Assembly (NCBI GenBank): GCA_964534625.1
Contig: CAZHRF010000042.1
Span: 1-28,486, forward strand
Length of the DNA stretch: 28,486 nucleotides
DNA from: an uncultured archaeon
Lineage (GTDB): Archaea; Asgardarchaeota; Heimdallarchaeia; Heimdallarchaeales; Heimdallarchaeaceae
Reading direction: 5' to 3'
Shown here: in pieces, positions 1 to 8,544 of the stretch
Layout of the letters: every line of letters starts with the position of its first letter
Position numbering within the stretch: the stretch's first letter is position 1
Position numbers and translations under genes: made by a program
The notes under the pieces: generated by a model
The model's input: the letters and a program-made list of their open reading frames with translations, nothing else
Told to the model about the DNA's origin: nothing
Database searches by the model: none

Positions 1-124
1 AATTTCAACCGTAAACATTTCTGTAATGCCTTCAATTTCAACCGTAAACATTTCTGTAATGCCTTCAATTTCAACCGTAAACATTTCTGTAATGCCTTCA
101 ATTTCAACCGTAAACATTTCTGTA
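1..124. repeat. Perfect 33-bp tandem repeat, about 3.8 copies visible (truncated by window edge)
   Basis: Unit aatttcaaccgtaaacatttctgtaatgccttc starts at 1, 34, 67 and 100 (last partial); no spacers. Confidence 0.97.
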
Positions 125-237
125 CAAAGAACAGTAAAATTTTCATTTACAGTATCTATTTCACTTAGAGTCAAACTCATAAAAGCAGTTGTAAAAAACA
201 ACGCCAACATTGCTATTTTAATCTTCTTGGACATCAT
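1..237 (-). CDS. Secreted/membrane-anchored tandem-repeat protein, partial (3' end beyond window edge); not in the ORF track
   Basis: Reverse complement from ATG at 237 reads MMSKKIKIAMLALFFTTAFMSLTLSEIDTVNENFTVLC then (TEMFTVEIEGI)n with no stop before base 1. Basic N-region plus hydrophobic h-region; GTGAT SD-like motif and TTTATAT box upstream. Confidence 0.75.
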   Translation of the reverse strand, partial: MMSKKIKIAMLALFFTTAFMSLTLSEIDTVNENFTVLCTEMFTVEIEGITEMFTVEIEGITEMFTVEIEGITEMFTVEI

Positions 238-273
238 ACTGACATCACTTAAGTAAAAGAATGGATGACTAAC

Positions 274-281
274 ATATAAAT
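274..281 (-). promoter_or_regulatory. Putative archaeal TATA box for the repeat-protein gene
   Basis: ATTTATAT on the minus strand about 40 bp upstream of ATG 237. Confidence 0.45.
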
Positions 282-315
282 ATTTGTGAAATGTTTCCAA
301 TATTGTTCACGTGCC

Positions 316-464
316 TTTCTCCTCATTAAAAAATGCGATGGTACGTTGAGGAGAAACCGACCAAAAGGTTTTGTCGGAATAATTCTACCTCAATGTATGA
401 GTTTAAGTACGAACTCATGTTCACTTAGTGAACATCGTTCACTAAACCAACATCGTTAACACTA
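316..464. repeat. Cluster of inverted and short direct repeats in an intergenic region
   Basis: tttctcctca (316-325)/tgaggagaaa (347-356); atgagtt (397-403)/aactcat (412-418); palindrome atgttcact-t-agtgaacat (417-435); aacatcgtt at 431 and 449 (18-bp spacing). Confidence 0.7.
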
Positions 465-569
465 TAAAGATAAGAAGTTACGCTAATCATTTGATAAAAC
501 ATAAAAAACCAACTTAACTTCAAAATATTAAGACCACTAGTAGTTAAAAAAAGGCATTGAAAGGAACTT

Positions 570-2111
570 TTACTCCTTAGCATTATCTTCTTCAGAGCTT
601 TCTTTTGTTACTTCTTTTACCTCATTTACTCTAATAAGGAAGAGAAAAGCAAAGATCATACAGATTAAAACAAATGGGAACATCACAACGTATTGTTGTG
701 GACCCAGATATTGGAAAAAATCTAAATTGAGACCTAGTAGCATAGGAGCCATTGTATAAGCAAATTGATTAAATGTATAGTATACCCCTGTATATGTGCC
801 TACTTCTCCTTTAGGTGCAAGTGACCATACTAGAGGAAAACTGTTTACAATAAAGCACATCCAAGGCATAGAAATAAAGGCAAGGTTAACCATTACCAAG
901 TAATCTTTAGTGGTTAAAACTTGTTCTGGAACATCCACAGGGTTATAAATAGCGGGAACCAAAAAGACAACCAAAACAAACGTAGAAAGGATAACTCCTA
1001 CTATACCAACTACTGCTGCTTTCTTTCGACCAATCTTTTGCCCTAACATTCCCCAGAAATAGGCAGAAAGTATCATTGGAACTGAATAAGCCAAAAAGAG
1101 AGTTCCAGTTACGGTATCTGCTTTGCCCATATAAGATTGAGCGAATGTAGAAAAAAACGCCTCTACTGCAGCAAAACCCGTATAAGCAAACATAACTGTA
1201 AACAGCATATTCCTAAAACTTTTGTCATCAGAACGGAAAATATCACCAATTTTTTTCAATACTGAAACTGATTCTTCAACACATTCTTTATTTTTTGAAA
1301 CTTTTTCAGATACACGTAAACTTATTGGGTCTAAGGTAATTTCGCTTGTGTTTAACTGGAAAATTTTGTCTCCTGTAGGTGTTTCTTTGACCAAGACAAT
1401 TTGTATGATTACTACTGCTATCATTAAAGCAGATACTATTACGAAACTAATAATATTAAACATTTGATTTTGAACTTCCATACCCTCTATTATTACATAT
1501 TCTTTTATTCCAAAACCTGTTACAATCATAGGAATAGTAAAAGCTAACACTCCACCCATGTTGGCAGTAAATTGTTGTATAGCACTTGCTTTAGACTGCA
1601 ATTTATCTGGTGTATAATCCGGTAAAATAGCAATTGAAACTGAACGATATACCGCCATTGCTAAATCAAAACATAAGATAATTAAAACCAATCCGGCCAA
1701 TGTTTGCATTAGAGGGATAGTAGTAAAGAAGAAAGCAGCTAAGGTAGTTCCTAAAACAATGTAAGGCATCCTTCGCCCATATTTACTACAAGTTCTATCT
1801 GATAAATTGCCAAAAAAAGGTTGAAGAATTACGGCCACTAGGTTATCTAATGCCAAAATAACACCTTTAATGGTTTGTTTGGTACGAATAGATCCCATTG
1901 GCAACAAAATATCATCTAATAATCGAGGCACTTTAAAATTAAAATAAGCCCAAGCCAATAACACAGTAAAAAAACTCAAGGAAATGAATATAGTTCTTTT
2001 AGTGTCTAACTTATCCGGATCGTTAGGAGCCATTCTAGGTTCAAATTTATTTAACCTAGGTGTATTTTCAGAACTCATATCATGGTATAATAGGTAACTC
2101 TTTAAAAGCAT
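570..2111 (-). CDS. MFS sugar/glycoside transporter (GPH/SLC45/MalT-like); candidate SQ or SQ-glycerol importer
   Basis: About 12 hydrophobic segments; MFS motif QPFFGNLSDRTCSKYGRRMPY. Lies 13 bp downstream of the GH31 gene on the same strand. True start may be ATG at 2078. Confidence 0.85.
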   Translation of the reverse strand: MLLKSYLLYHDMSSENTPRLNKFEPRMAPNDPDKLDTKRTIFISLSFFTVLLAWAYFNFKVPRLLDDILLPMGSIRTKQTIKGVILALDNLVAVILQPFFGNLSDRTCSKYGRRMPYIVLGTTLAAFFFTTIPLMQTLAGLVLIILCFDLAMAVYRSVSIAILPDYTPDKLQSKASAIQQFTANMGGVLAFTIPMIVTGFGIKEYVIIEGMEVQNQMFNIISFVIVSALMIAVVIIQIVLVKETPTGDKIFQLNTSEITLDPISLRVSEKVSKNKECVEESVSVLKKIGDIFRSDDKSFRNMLFTVMFAYTGFAAVEAFFSTFAQSYMGKADTVTGTLFLAYSVPMILSAYFWGMLGQKIGRKKAAVVGIVGVILSTFVLVVFLVPAIYNPVDVPEQVLTTKDYLVMVNLAFISMPWMCFIVNSFPLVWSLAPKGEVGTYTGVYYTFNQFAYTMAPMLLGLNLDFFQYLGPQQYVVMFPFVLICMIFAFLFLIRVNEVKEVTKESSEEDNAKE

Positions 2112-2124
2112 TTCTCGATTTGTT

Positions 2125-4146
2125 TTATATTTTAGTCTCTTTTATAGATTCAAAAAGTTCTAACCATTTTTTACTTGCATTTTTTCGATAAAAAACAGGA
2201 GGTTGTCCTATGGGAGCTTTAACTTCTACCCATCCTTGTTCATATTCTTTGCTTGTCCAGAGATGTATCCACTGATCTTCAGGAAGATATATTTTTCTTT
2301 TATTACGCTTTTTATTAATTATGGGAGCAACTAATAACTCTCTGCCTAACATATATTGATATTTCATTGAATGTAAATTTTTATCATTTTCATAATGTAT
2401 ATAACAAGCTCTAAATGGTGGAATGCCAGTTTCAGAATATTCTGTCACTAACGACTTTAAATAAGTCTTTAACTTCACATGAACTCTTGTCATCTTTGCT
2501 AGATGATTAAGTGTTTCTTCATCACTATCAAACTGCCAGTTATCATCAGGTCTATTGCCTTCATGTGTTCTCATTACCATGGTAAAAGCAGCAAACTCCA
2601 CCCATCTCATAAAAACTTCTTTCGATCTTTTGAACGGTCCAACTGTGGTATAGCCCCCAATATCAAAATGATAATTGCCTATTCCACAGATTCCCAAAGA
2701 GATACCAGCAGGTATACAAGAAGCTAATCCATCATGCTTACTGAATGTAACCAATTGGTCACCTGCCCAAATAAGTTGACTGTGTTGGGATGTCGATGAA
2801 TAACCTGCTCTGCTAAAGAATACTACATCATTTAATTTTTCTGCTTCTTTTAGTGCTTCTTTGTTTATTCTAGCCCATTCAACTGGATATCTATTATGAA
2901 AAGTTTCAGCACTTTCACCCGAATATAGTACAGCATCAGTAGGCAAATACTCGCCATAATCAGCCATCCACCCATCTAAACCCACTTTTATCAGATTCTC
3001 TTTTATTACTTGTTTGATCCAGTTCTCTGTTTCAGGATTAGTTATATCTAGTATTACAGCAGGAAAAGTTGTTGTTACAACAGGATAATCTTCACCATTG
3101 CAGTTTTTGACAAGTAATTCTTTTTTTGAGGCTTCTTTGTAAAGCTCACCTTCAATAGCCAAAAAACAATTAATATAGCCTAGAAACTTAATTCCTTTTT
3201 CATGTAGTTCAGCTATATAGCCAGGTAAATCAGGATATAACTTAGGGGCATAAATCCAATCCCAAAAAAGCTGTCGACCGAAAGCAGTTTCTCGTTTCCC
3301 TTCCCAATCCTGACACCAAACAGCAGATACTGGTAATCCATGTTCTTTAGCTGTTTGTAATTTTTTATTGACTACTTCTTTCCCTCCTTGTAGGCCTAAT
3401 ATTATTCCATCATACATCCAATCGGGTAATGGTGACTGTTTACCTAAGAGTGTCGCTAAAGCACCTATTGTCTTAGAAGCTGTTTCGTATTTGCCTATTA
3501 TAATTTCAGGGATATCCCAAAAGTATAATTCTGTTACTTCTTTTTGTCTAAAATTAAATATACTATATGCTGTTGTTTCTACATGACAGAAATAATTTTT
3601 TGACGATACTAACGTTGGTTGCGGATAGTAAGTAGTGTAATGATCTCCTCCTACGCCATCATATAGTAGATTAGCCAAGAAAGTAAACCATAAAGGATCA
3701 CCCCTACCTACCCCTTGTTCTTGGCACCACAAAGGAACTTTTTTACCTTGAAGATTCACTTCAGAAAATTGTTCCCCACAGCCATAAAACGCCTCATGTT
3801 CATTTGAGACGAATCTAAACCAGCTTCGGTTAAAACTTAAATCTGTTTGGGGTTTAATTCTTATTTGTCCTTCATTTTCGGTAAAAACAATAGTCAAGTT
3901 TATTTTTTCATCATTTGAAGAGAAATCTATAATCAAATTATTCTCTGATTGATTCTTAATTTTATAATTTATAAGAGGAATTTCTTCTTCTATTTTTTCT
4001 TTAATTTTGTAAATTCCATGATTTAATTGAAACTTACCTTCTGCCTTCCCTATCTTTAAAAATGGCGTTTTATATGTGTGATGCATTAATATATAACCAT
4101 CAATAGCTAGTTTAAATCCTTCTTCAAAGGTTTTAATTTCCATCAT
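2125..4146 (-). CDS. yihQ: GH31 alpha-glycosidase of the YihQ/sulfoquinovosidase subfamily
   Basis: YGCGEQFS..NL.GK.VPLWCQEQGVGR, GGDHYTTYYPQPT, LGLQGG, WCQDW.G.R.T.FG, nucleophile GWMADYGEYLP, acid/base WAGDQ, DIGGYTT and MRTHEGNRP all match YihQ as recalled. Confidence 0.88.
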   Translation of the reverse strand: MMEIKTFEEGFKLAIDGYILMHHTYKTPFLKIGKAEGKFQLNHGIYKIKEKIEEEIPLINYKIKNQSENNLIIDFSSNDEKINLTIVFTENEGQIRIKPQTDLSFNRSWFRFVSNEHEAFYGCGEQFSEVNLQGKKVPLWCQEQGVGRGDPLWFTFLANLLYDGVGGDHYTTYYPQPTLVSSKNYFCHVETTAYSIFNFRQKEVTELYFWDIPEIIIGKYETASKTIGALATLLGKQSPLPDWMYDGIILGLQGGKEVVNKKLQTAKEHGLPVSAVWCQDWEGKRETAFGRQLFWDWIYAPKLYPDLPGYIAELHEKGIKFLGYINCFLAIEGELYKEASKKELLVKNCNGEDYPVVTTTFPAVILDITNPETENWIKQVIKENLIKVGLDGWMADYGEYLPTDAVLYSGESAETFHNRYPVEWARINKEALKEAEKLNDVVFFSRAGYSSTSQHSQLIWAGDQLVTFSKHDGLASCIPAGISLGICGIGNYHFDIGGYTTVGPFKRSKEVFMRWVEFAAFTMVMRTHEGNRPDDNWQFDSDEETLNHLAKMTRVHVKLKTYLKSLVTEYSETGIPPFRACYIHYENDKNLHSMKYQYMLGRELLVAPIINKKRNKRKIYLPEDQWIHLWTSKEYEQGWVEVKAPIGQPPVFYRKNASKKWLELFESIKETKI

Positions 4147-4226
4147 GGTGTCATTAATCCTTTTAGGGTATTACTTAATCAGTTTTACTATACGCAAATA
4201 AGAAAATGAAAAATTTTATCATATTC

Positions 4227-4835
4227 CTATTTTTCTATAGGTTCTGGTCTTAACCACCAAAGATAATCATCCTCACCGAGATCAGCACTTCGAAGTTTAA
4301 AGCTAAATTCTGTCGTTTTTTTGTTATCGATACCATAGTAGACTTCAATTACACATGTAGAATTTTCGTCAATGGGGACAATATTATCCTCAAGTGCATC
4401 AATAGAAATTATGTTTACATTGGTGGATTCACCTGGATCAACTACAATGGGATAGGTGGGACGAACAAAACTATATCCTTTTTCTTGAAACTTATCCCAG
4501 TCAATTAATTCAATATCTTCATAGTTCAATTCATGAAGATGAATTTTACCTAAAATATCAATGTACTTGATCTCACTCATATCTGATTTCCTAAACCCAA
4601 CTTTTATTTGATAAATCATGCCTTTTTTTGCCCCTTCATTATGAAATAAGAGGGGAAGACAGAGTAAAATTGATTCTTGATATTTAGAATGAATAACCCC
4701 ATATTCAACAAATTTATTCGGAAAAATTTTAGCGGATCTATTGGCCATATACCAGTTATATGCCGAAAGAATAGTTCCAAAAGCAGCTGGTATAAAACTT
4801 ACAATGTCTAATTCGTAACCAAATATATTTACCAT
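4227..4835 (-). CDS. Hypothetical protein with an N-terminal membrane anchor
   Basis: 202-aa ORF; hydrophobic IVSFIPAAFGTILSAYNW, then a beta-rich soluble region; family not recognised. Confidence 0.7.
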   Translation of the reverse strand: MVNIFGYELDIVSFIPAAFGTILSAYNWYMANRSAKIFPNKFVEYGVIHSKYQESILLCLPLLFHNEGAKKGMIYQIKVGFRKSDMSEIKYIDILGKIHLHELNYEDIELIDWDKFQEKGYSFVRPTYPIVVDPGESTNVNIISIDALEDNIVPIDENSTCVIEVYYGIDNKKTTEFSFKLRSADLGEDDYLWWLRPEPIEK

Positions 4836-5088
4836 GACCTAAGATTATCCTTTTCCTGTAATAAATATTCCTAGATTAAAACCAAATATAATATTTAATA
4901 AGTAAAATCAATTAGTAATAAATCTTTGCTTTCATCCCCTTGAATAGTAAAAAAGAGGATCACTGAAGAAAGGATAAACTTTAAGCTAATGTGCGTACTG
5001 GATAAGAAAAAAAAATATTTCAACAGATAACAAGTCTTTTATTGTTTTGTCCCCTAAAAAGTTAGTAAACAAAAATTGTGAGTTAAAA

Positions 5089-5607
5089 ATGATCAATATC
5101 AAAGAGCTTCTTTTTTACCCAACAAGAGTAGCATTAGTCAGTACAAAACACCAAAAGATGGAATCAATCATTACAATATCATTAATAGGAATCCCAAATT
5201 TTGAACCTCCAATGATTTCTATTAGTTTAAAACCCCACAGGTTTTCTTATTCTTTAATTAAACAAGCACAAGAATTTGTAGTTAATATACCCACGGAAGA
5301 AATGATTGAGACTGTGATATTTTGTGGAAAGCATTCTGGAAAAGATTATGACAAATGGAAAAGAAATAAGTTAACAAGAGGCAGAAGTCAATCTGTAGAG
5401 ACACCCTTTATTGAAGAGTGTCCTATTAATATTGAATGTAAATTGAAACAAATAATTGAGTTAGGTTCTCACCATCTTATTATTGGTAAAGTAACCAACA
5501 TAAGAAATATTCAAAAGTTAAAAAAGAATGAATACCCTCCAGTTTTGACATACATCAAAGGCAAGTATGTCATCTATGAAGGAAACTCGATAAAATCCGT
5601 CATATAA
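5089..5607 (+). CDS. Flavin reductase-like (flavoredoxin/DIM6-NTAB family) FMN-binding split-barrel protein
   Basis: EPPMISISL...RFSYSLI....EFVVNIP, CG.HSG...DK, TPFIEECPINIECK, GSHHLIIGKV. ATG 5089 preferred over TTG 5047. Confidence 0.88.
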   Translation: MINIKELLFYPTRVALVSTKHQKMESIITISLIGIPNFEPPMISISLKPHRFSYSLIKQAQEFVVNIPTEEMIETVIFCGKHSGKDYDKWKRNKLTRGRSQSVETPFIEECPINIECKLKQIIELGSHHLIIGKVTNIRNIQKLKKNEYPPVLTYIKGKYVIYEGNSIKSVI

Positions 5608-5669
5608 GATCTTATGCTTTTGGGGTTACTTATATGAATAAAGAGCCTTCTTTCTTGCTGTTTGGTAAT

Positions 5670-6986
5670 TCATTCTACAATTTTCCATTCTTGTAGTTTT
5701 GCAAATATTTTAAATGGTTCAATAAATTCCCCATAAACTACGCTAAGATGATGAGCTATACCATTTTCAATTATCTTGTCAAGAACATTTTTCACTCCTT
5801 CAGAAAAAACGGCTTTCATATATGTACCTTTAAGATCTTTAGTCATGGGGACAGCTTTCGCCCTCTGTAGAAATATTCGATATTCTCCACAAGCATAATC
5901 AATTCTAGCAATAGATAGCGGTCCTTCTTTCATAACAAAATCAGCTGTGACACCCTTTCCTCCAGCAAAATAGCTATCTAATGAGCGTATACATTTTCTA
6001 TCATGTAAATTACATGGTGCCACTCCGCAATGCCATAGAAGAGCAAAATCTTCTTTTAAATCTACTTGCGAGAAATCCGCCAAAAAAGGTGTTTCACCGC
6101 CTATAGCTTGATGTGCTAGCATTGATAGACTCCCCAGCATATCACCCTCACAAGTTAATATTTTACCTTCTGATTGGAGAATAGACATAGCAGCACAAGG
6201 TGAAATGCCAAACATTGAGGCAAATTCTGGCCAGCATCTAACAGCTATTGAATTTAAATTGTTAGCTTCCATGAAATTATCAAATTTAACTACTAGGGTT
6301 GCTACTTTACTTAGCTGTTTTGCATCAATATCAGACAAGTCAAATAAGTCTCTAATTTGTTCTTTACGTGCAGACAACTTTTCTTGCTCAATTTCTTGCT
6401 CAAATACTTCTTGCAACTCATAATGATCAACGAGAATACCCAATTGTTCATACAGACTCAATTCATCAACATCTAAATTAAAAAAACCCTGGGCTCTATA
6501 ACCAATAAGACCCACATGAGCTATGAAAAACTTTTTCTTAATTCTAAGTGCATCAAGCCAATTTTCATCTATAGTATTACCTATTACAGTAGAATAATTT
6601 TTTATTCCTGCCTTATATAGATTTGAAGCATTCAGGTTTACACCACAAATAGAATTTAGGCGTATCTTCCCTCCATCATATGGAAGCTCATTTAACCCCC
6701 AAAGTAAAATAGGTCGATCAACCACTTTATTGAGTTCTAAAACCAGATGACCTAAAGCAAAGGTTCCGCTTATAACTACCAAACCATCAACATGTTGTTC
6801 CCGCATTTTTTTTGCTGCCTTTTGAGCATCTGCAATGTCTATAATCAGTTTGGGAATACATATCCATTGAACTTGTTCTATTTTATGCAATTTTTTTTGT
6901 AACTGAATGTAAATCTCTTCTGCTGCCTTGTAATCAAAAGTTTTGCGTGCTAAACATACAACCCCAATAATCAGCTCTTGTTTCAT
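5670..6986 (-). CDS. L-fucose/L-arabinose isomerase-fold sugar isomerase; probable sulfoquinovose isomerase (SqvD/SftI-like)
   Basis: AVRCWPEF, CEGD (metal/catalytic), WHCGVAP and C-terminal GIAHH of the FucI/AraA fold; N-terminal ARKTFD and RLNS.CG recalled from SqvD-type proteins. Context with yihQ and the SF-transaldolase supports the SQ role. Confidence 0.75.
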   Translation of the reverse strand: MKQELIIGVVCLARKTFDYKAAEEIYIQLQKKLHKIEQVQWICIPKLIIDIADAQKAAKKMREQHVDGLVVISGTFALGHLVLELNKVVDRPILLWGLNELPYDGGKIRLNSICGVNLNASNLYKAGIKNYSTVIGNTIDENWLDALRIKKKFFIAHVGLIGYRAQGFFNLDVDELSLYEQLGILVDHYELQEVFEQEIEQEKLSARKEQIRDLFDLSDIDAKQLSKVATLVVKFDNFMEANNLNSIAVRCWPEFASMFGISPCAAMSILQSEGKILTCEGDMLGSLSMLAHQAIGGETPFLADFSQVDLKEDFALLWHCGVAPCNLHDRKCIRSLDSYFAGGKGVTADFVMKEGPLSIARIDYACGEYRIFLQRAKAVPMTKDLKGTYMKAVFSEGVKNVLDKIIENGIAHHLSVVYGEFIEPFKIFAKLQEWKIVE

Positions 6987-7044
6987 CTTTCTCTACTCTT
7001 TCAACAATTTGTTATCAATAAAAATAAACTTTTGCTAGAAATTA

Positions 7045-8458
7045 TGGGTAATACGTTGCGAAAAAATGCGAAAAGTGAGGGGCTTAAAAAGGATCAAGCA
7101 TAATACGCTAGATGGCGAAAGTACCCAGAACAGAGCAGATGGAAGTGGGAGAAAACAAAGCACTCGGGAAGCTTTGCCATCGGACAAAGAATCTCTATAA
7201 TAGAGCAAACTACGTCATAAAACACACATGGAAGGAGGAAGGGAAATTGGTAGGATACAACACCTTGGCGAGAGAGTTAAAGACAGAAGAGTGCTATAAA
7301 GTGCTGCCAGCGCAAACCAGCCAACAGACACTCAAACTCCTAGGGAGGAACTGGAAAAGTTTCTTTCGAGCGTTAAAAGAGTACAGAAAAGAGCCAAAAA
7401 AGTTTCTAGGATGTCCTCGTCCTCCTGCCTATAAAGCTAAGAAGGGGCAAACTGTTGCTGTTTTTACCAATCAACAGGTGAACATTCGCAATGGATGGAT
7501 AGTCTTTCCCCGGAAGGCTAATTTCAAGATACAAACACGTTTATCTCCACAAACGGATATCAGAGAAGTACGAATCATTCCCCGCGGAGTAGGGTACACG
7601 GTGGAACTAGTCTACAAGAAAACCCTGAAAAAGAAGCCCAAGACGGACTCACAGCGTAAAGCTGCTATTGACCTGGGATACATTAACCTCATGACCTTAG
7701 TGGACAATATGGGTGGACAACCGATTATTGTCAAGGATCAAGGGAAAGGAGTAAAATCAGTTATTCAATATTATATGAAAAGAATGAAACACCTTCAGCA
7801 AGTATACGAACACCAGCAACACAAGAGAAAGAACAAGAACAACAAGAAACCCCATTTGAGCTATGGGCAAGCCTATAAACGACTAAGGAACAAAAAACGG
7901 CTAAAAGTCCGTGATTGTCTCCATAAACTTACAACGTTTATTATACAGGTCTGTGAAACGCGAGAGATAGAAAAACTCATCATCGGCTATAATCCCACCT
8001 GGAAACAGAACCTCCGTTTACGCAAAAAGACCACCCAACTCTTCGTCCAGGTGCCCTTTGAACGAATTATTGCCTTGCTCCAGTACAAGGGAGAAGATAG
8101 GGGAATTACCGTTGTCTTGCAAGAAGAGAGGTATACGTCCAAATGTAGTTTCTTGGATAATGAAGAACCCAAAAAGCGAGAGAATTATGTAGGAAAACGC
8201 TCTACCCGTGGAACGTTTGTTGCTGCTTGTGGCTATACGCTCAATGCTGATGTGAATGCTGCTTATAATATTTTACTCAAAAGCGACCCCTATGCTGTTC
8301 CTTTGCGTACAGCTGCGGATGTAGGAGGGTATGTGACGTACCCCGTTAGTTGGTCCCTGGTCCATTCGTGGTCTCAGTTCCCAAGCTAGTAAAATTCGAT
8401 CCGATGTCGCACATTGTCGCATCGAATATGTCATGCCTAACTTAAGTACTATAAGTTA
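7045..8458 (+). mobile_element. Solo tnpB insertion element (IS200/IS605/IS607 superfamily, IS1341-like, no tnpA); boundaries approximate
   Basis: Visibly more GC-rich than flanks; contains only tnpB; paired TGCGA motifs at the left end and inverted TCGCA pair at the right end; hairpins at 8394-8427 and 8438-8458. Confidence 0.7.
7112..8389 (+). CDS. tnpB: RNA-guided endonuclease TnpB
   Basis: N-terminal KNLYNRANY, PAQTSQQTL, W.SFF, PRPPAYK; RuvC-I AAIDLG, RuvC-II region IIGYNPTWKQ...QEERYTSKCSFLD, RuvC-III NADVNAAYNI. Confidence 0.93.
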   Translation: MAKVPRTEQMEVGENKALGKLCHRTKNLYNRANYVIKHTWKEEGKLVGYNTLARELKTEECYKVLPAQTSQQTLKLLGRNWKSFFRALKEYRKEPKKFLGCPRPPAYKAKKGQTVAVFTNQQVNIRNGWIVFPRKANFKIQTRLSPQTDIREVRIIPRGVGYTVELVYKKTLKKKPKTDSQRKAAIDLGYINLMTLVDNMGGQPIIVKDQGKGVKSVIQYYMKRMKHLQQVYEHQQHKRKNKNNKKPHLSYGQAYKRLRNKKRLKVRDCLHKLTTFIIQVCETREIEKLIIGYNPTWKQNLRLRKKTTQLFVQVPFERIIALLQYKGEDRGITVVLQEERYTSKCSFLDNEEPKKRENYVGKRSTRGTFVAACGYTLNADVNAAYNILLKSDPYAVPLRTAADVGGYVTYPVSWSLVHSWSQFPS

Positions 8459-8544
8459 ATTGGTGATAGATTCTTTCTTTTCTCTTGCTTGCAAATACTT
8501 AGGTTTATTAATTTAGTTACTTCAATCTCATCAACAAAGGTCAG

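Noticed and set aside
1-124. CRISPR array (33-bp repeat with a TTGAAA-like end on the minus strand)
   Set aside because: Copies are head-to-tail with no spacers, the length is a multiple of 3 within an ORF, and no cas genes are present.
26-256. Plus-strand 76-aa ORF (MPSISTVNISV repeats)
   Set aside because: Antisense shadow of the minus-strand ORF, which has a signal peptide, SD-like motif and TATA box.
7003-7025. Shared operator for the SQ genes (aacaatttgtt palindrome; ttgtta motifs also near 15355)
   Set aside because: Short, AT-rich and not convincingly present upstream of yihQ; indistinguishable from background by eye.
7112-8389. Cas12f/type V CRISPR effector
   Set aside because: No array or cas1/cas2 nearby; motifs and IS-like ends fit TnpB.
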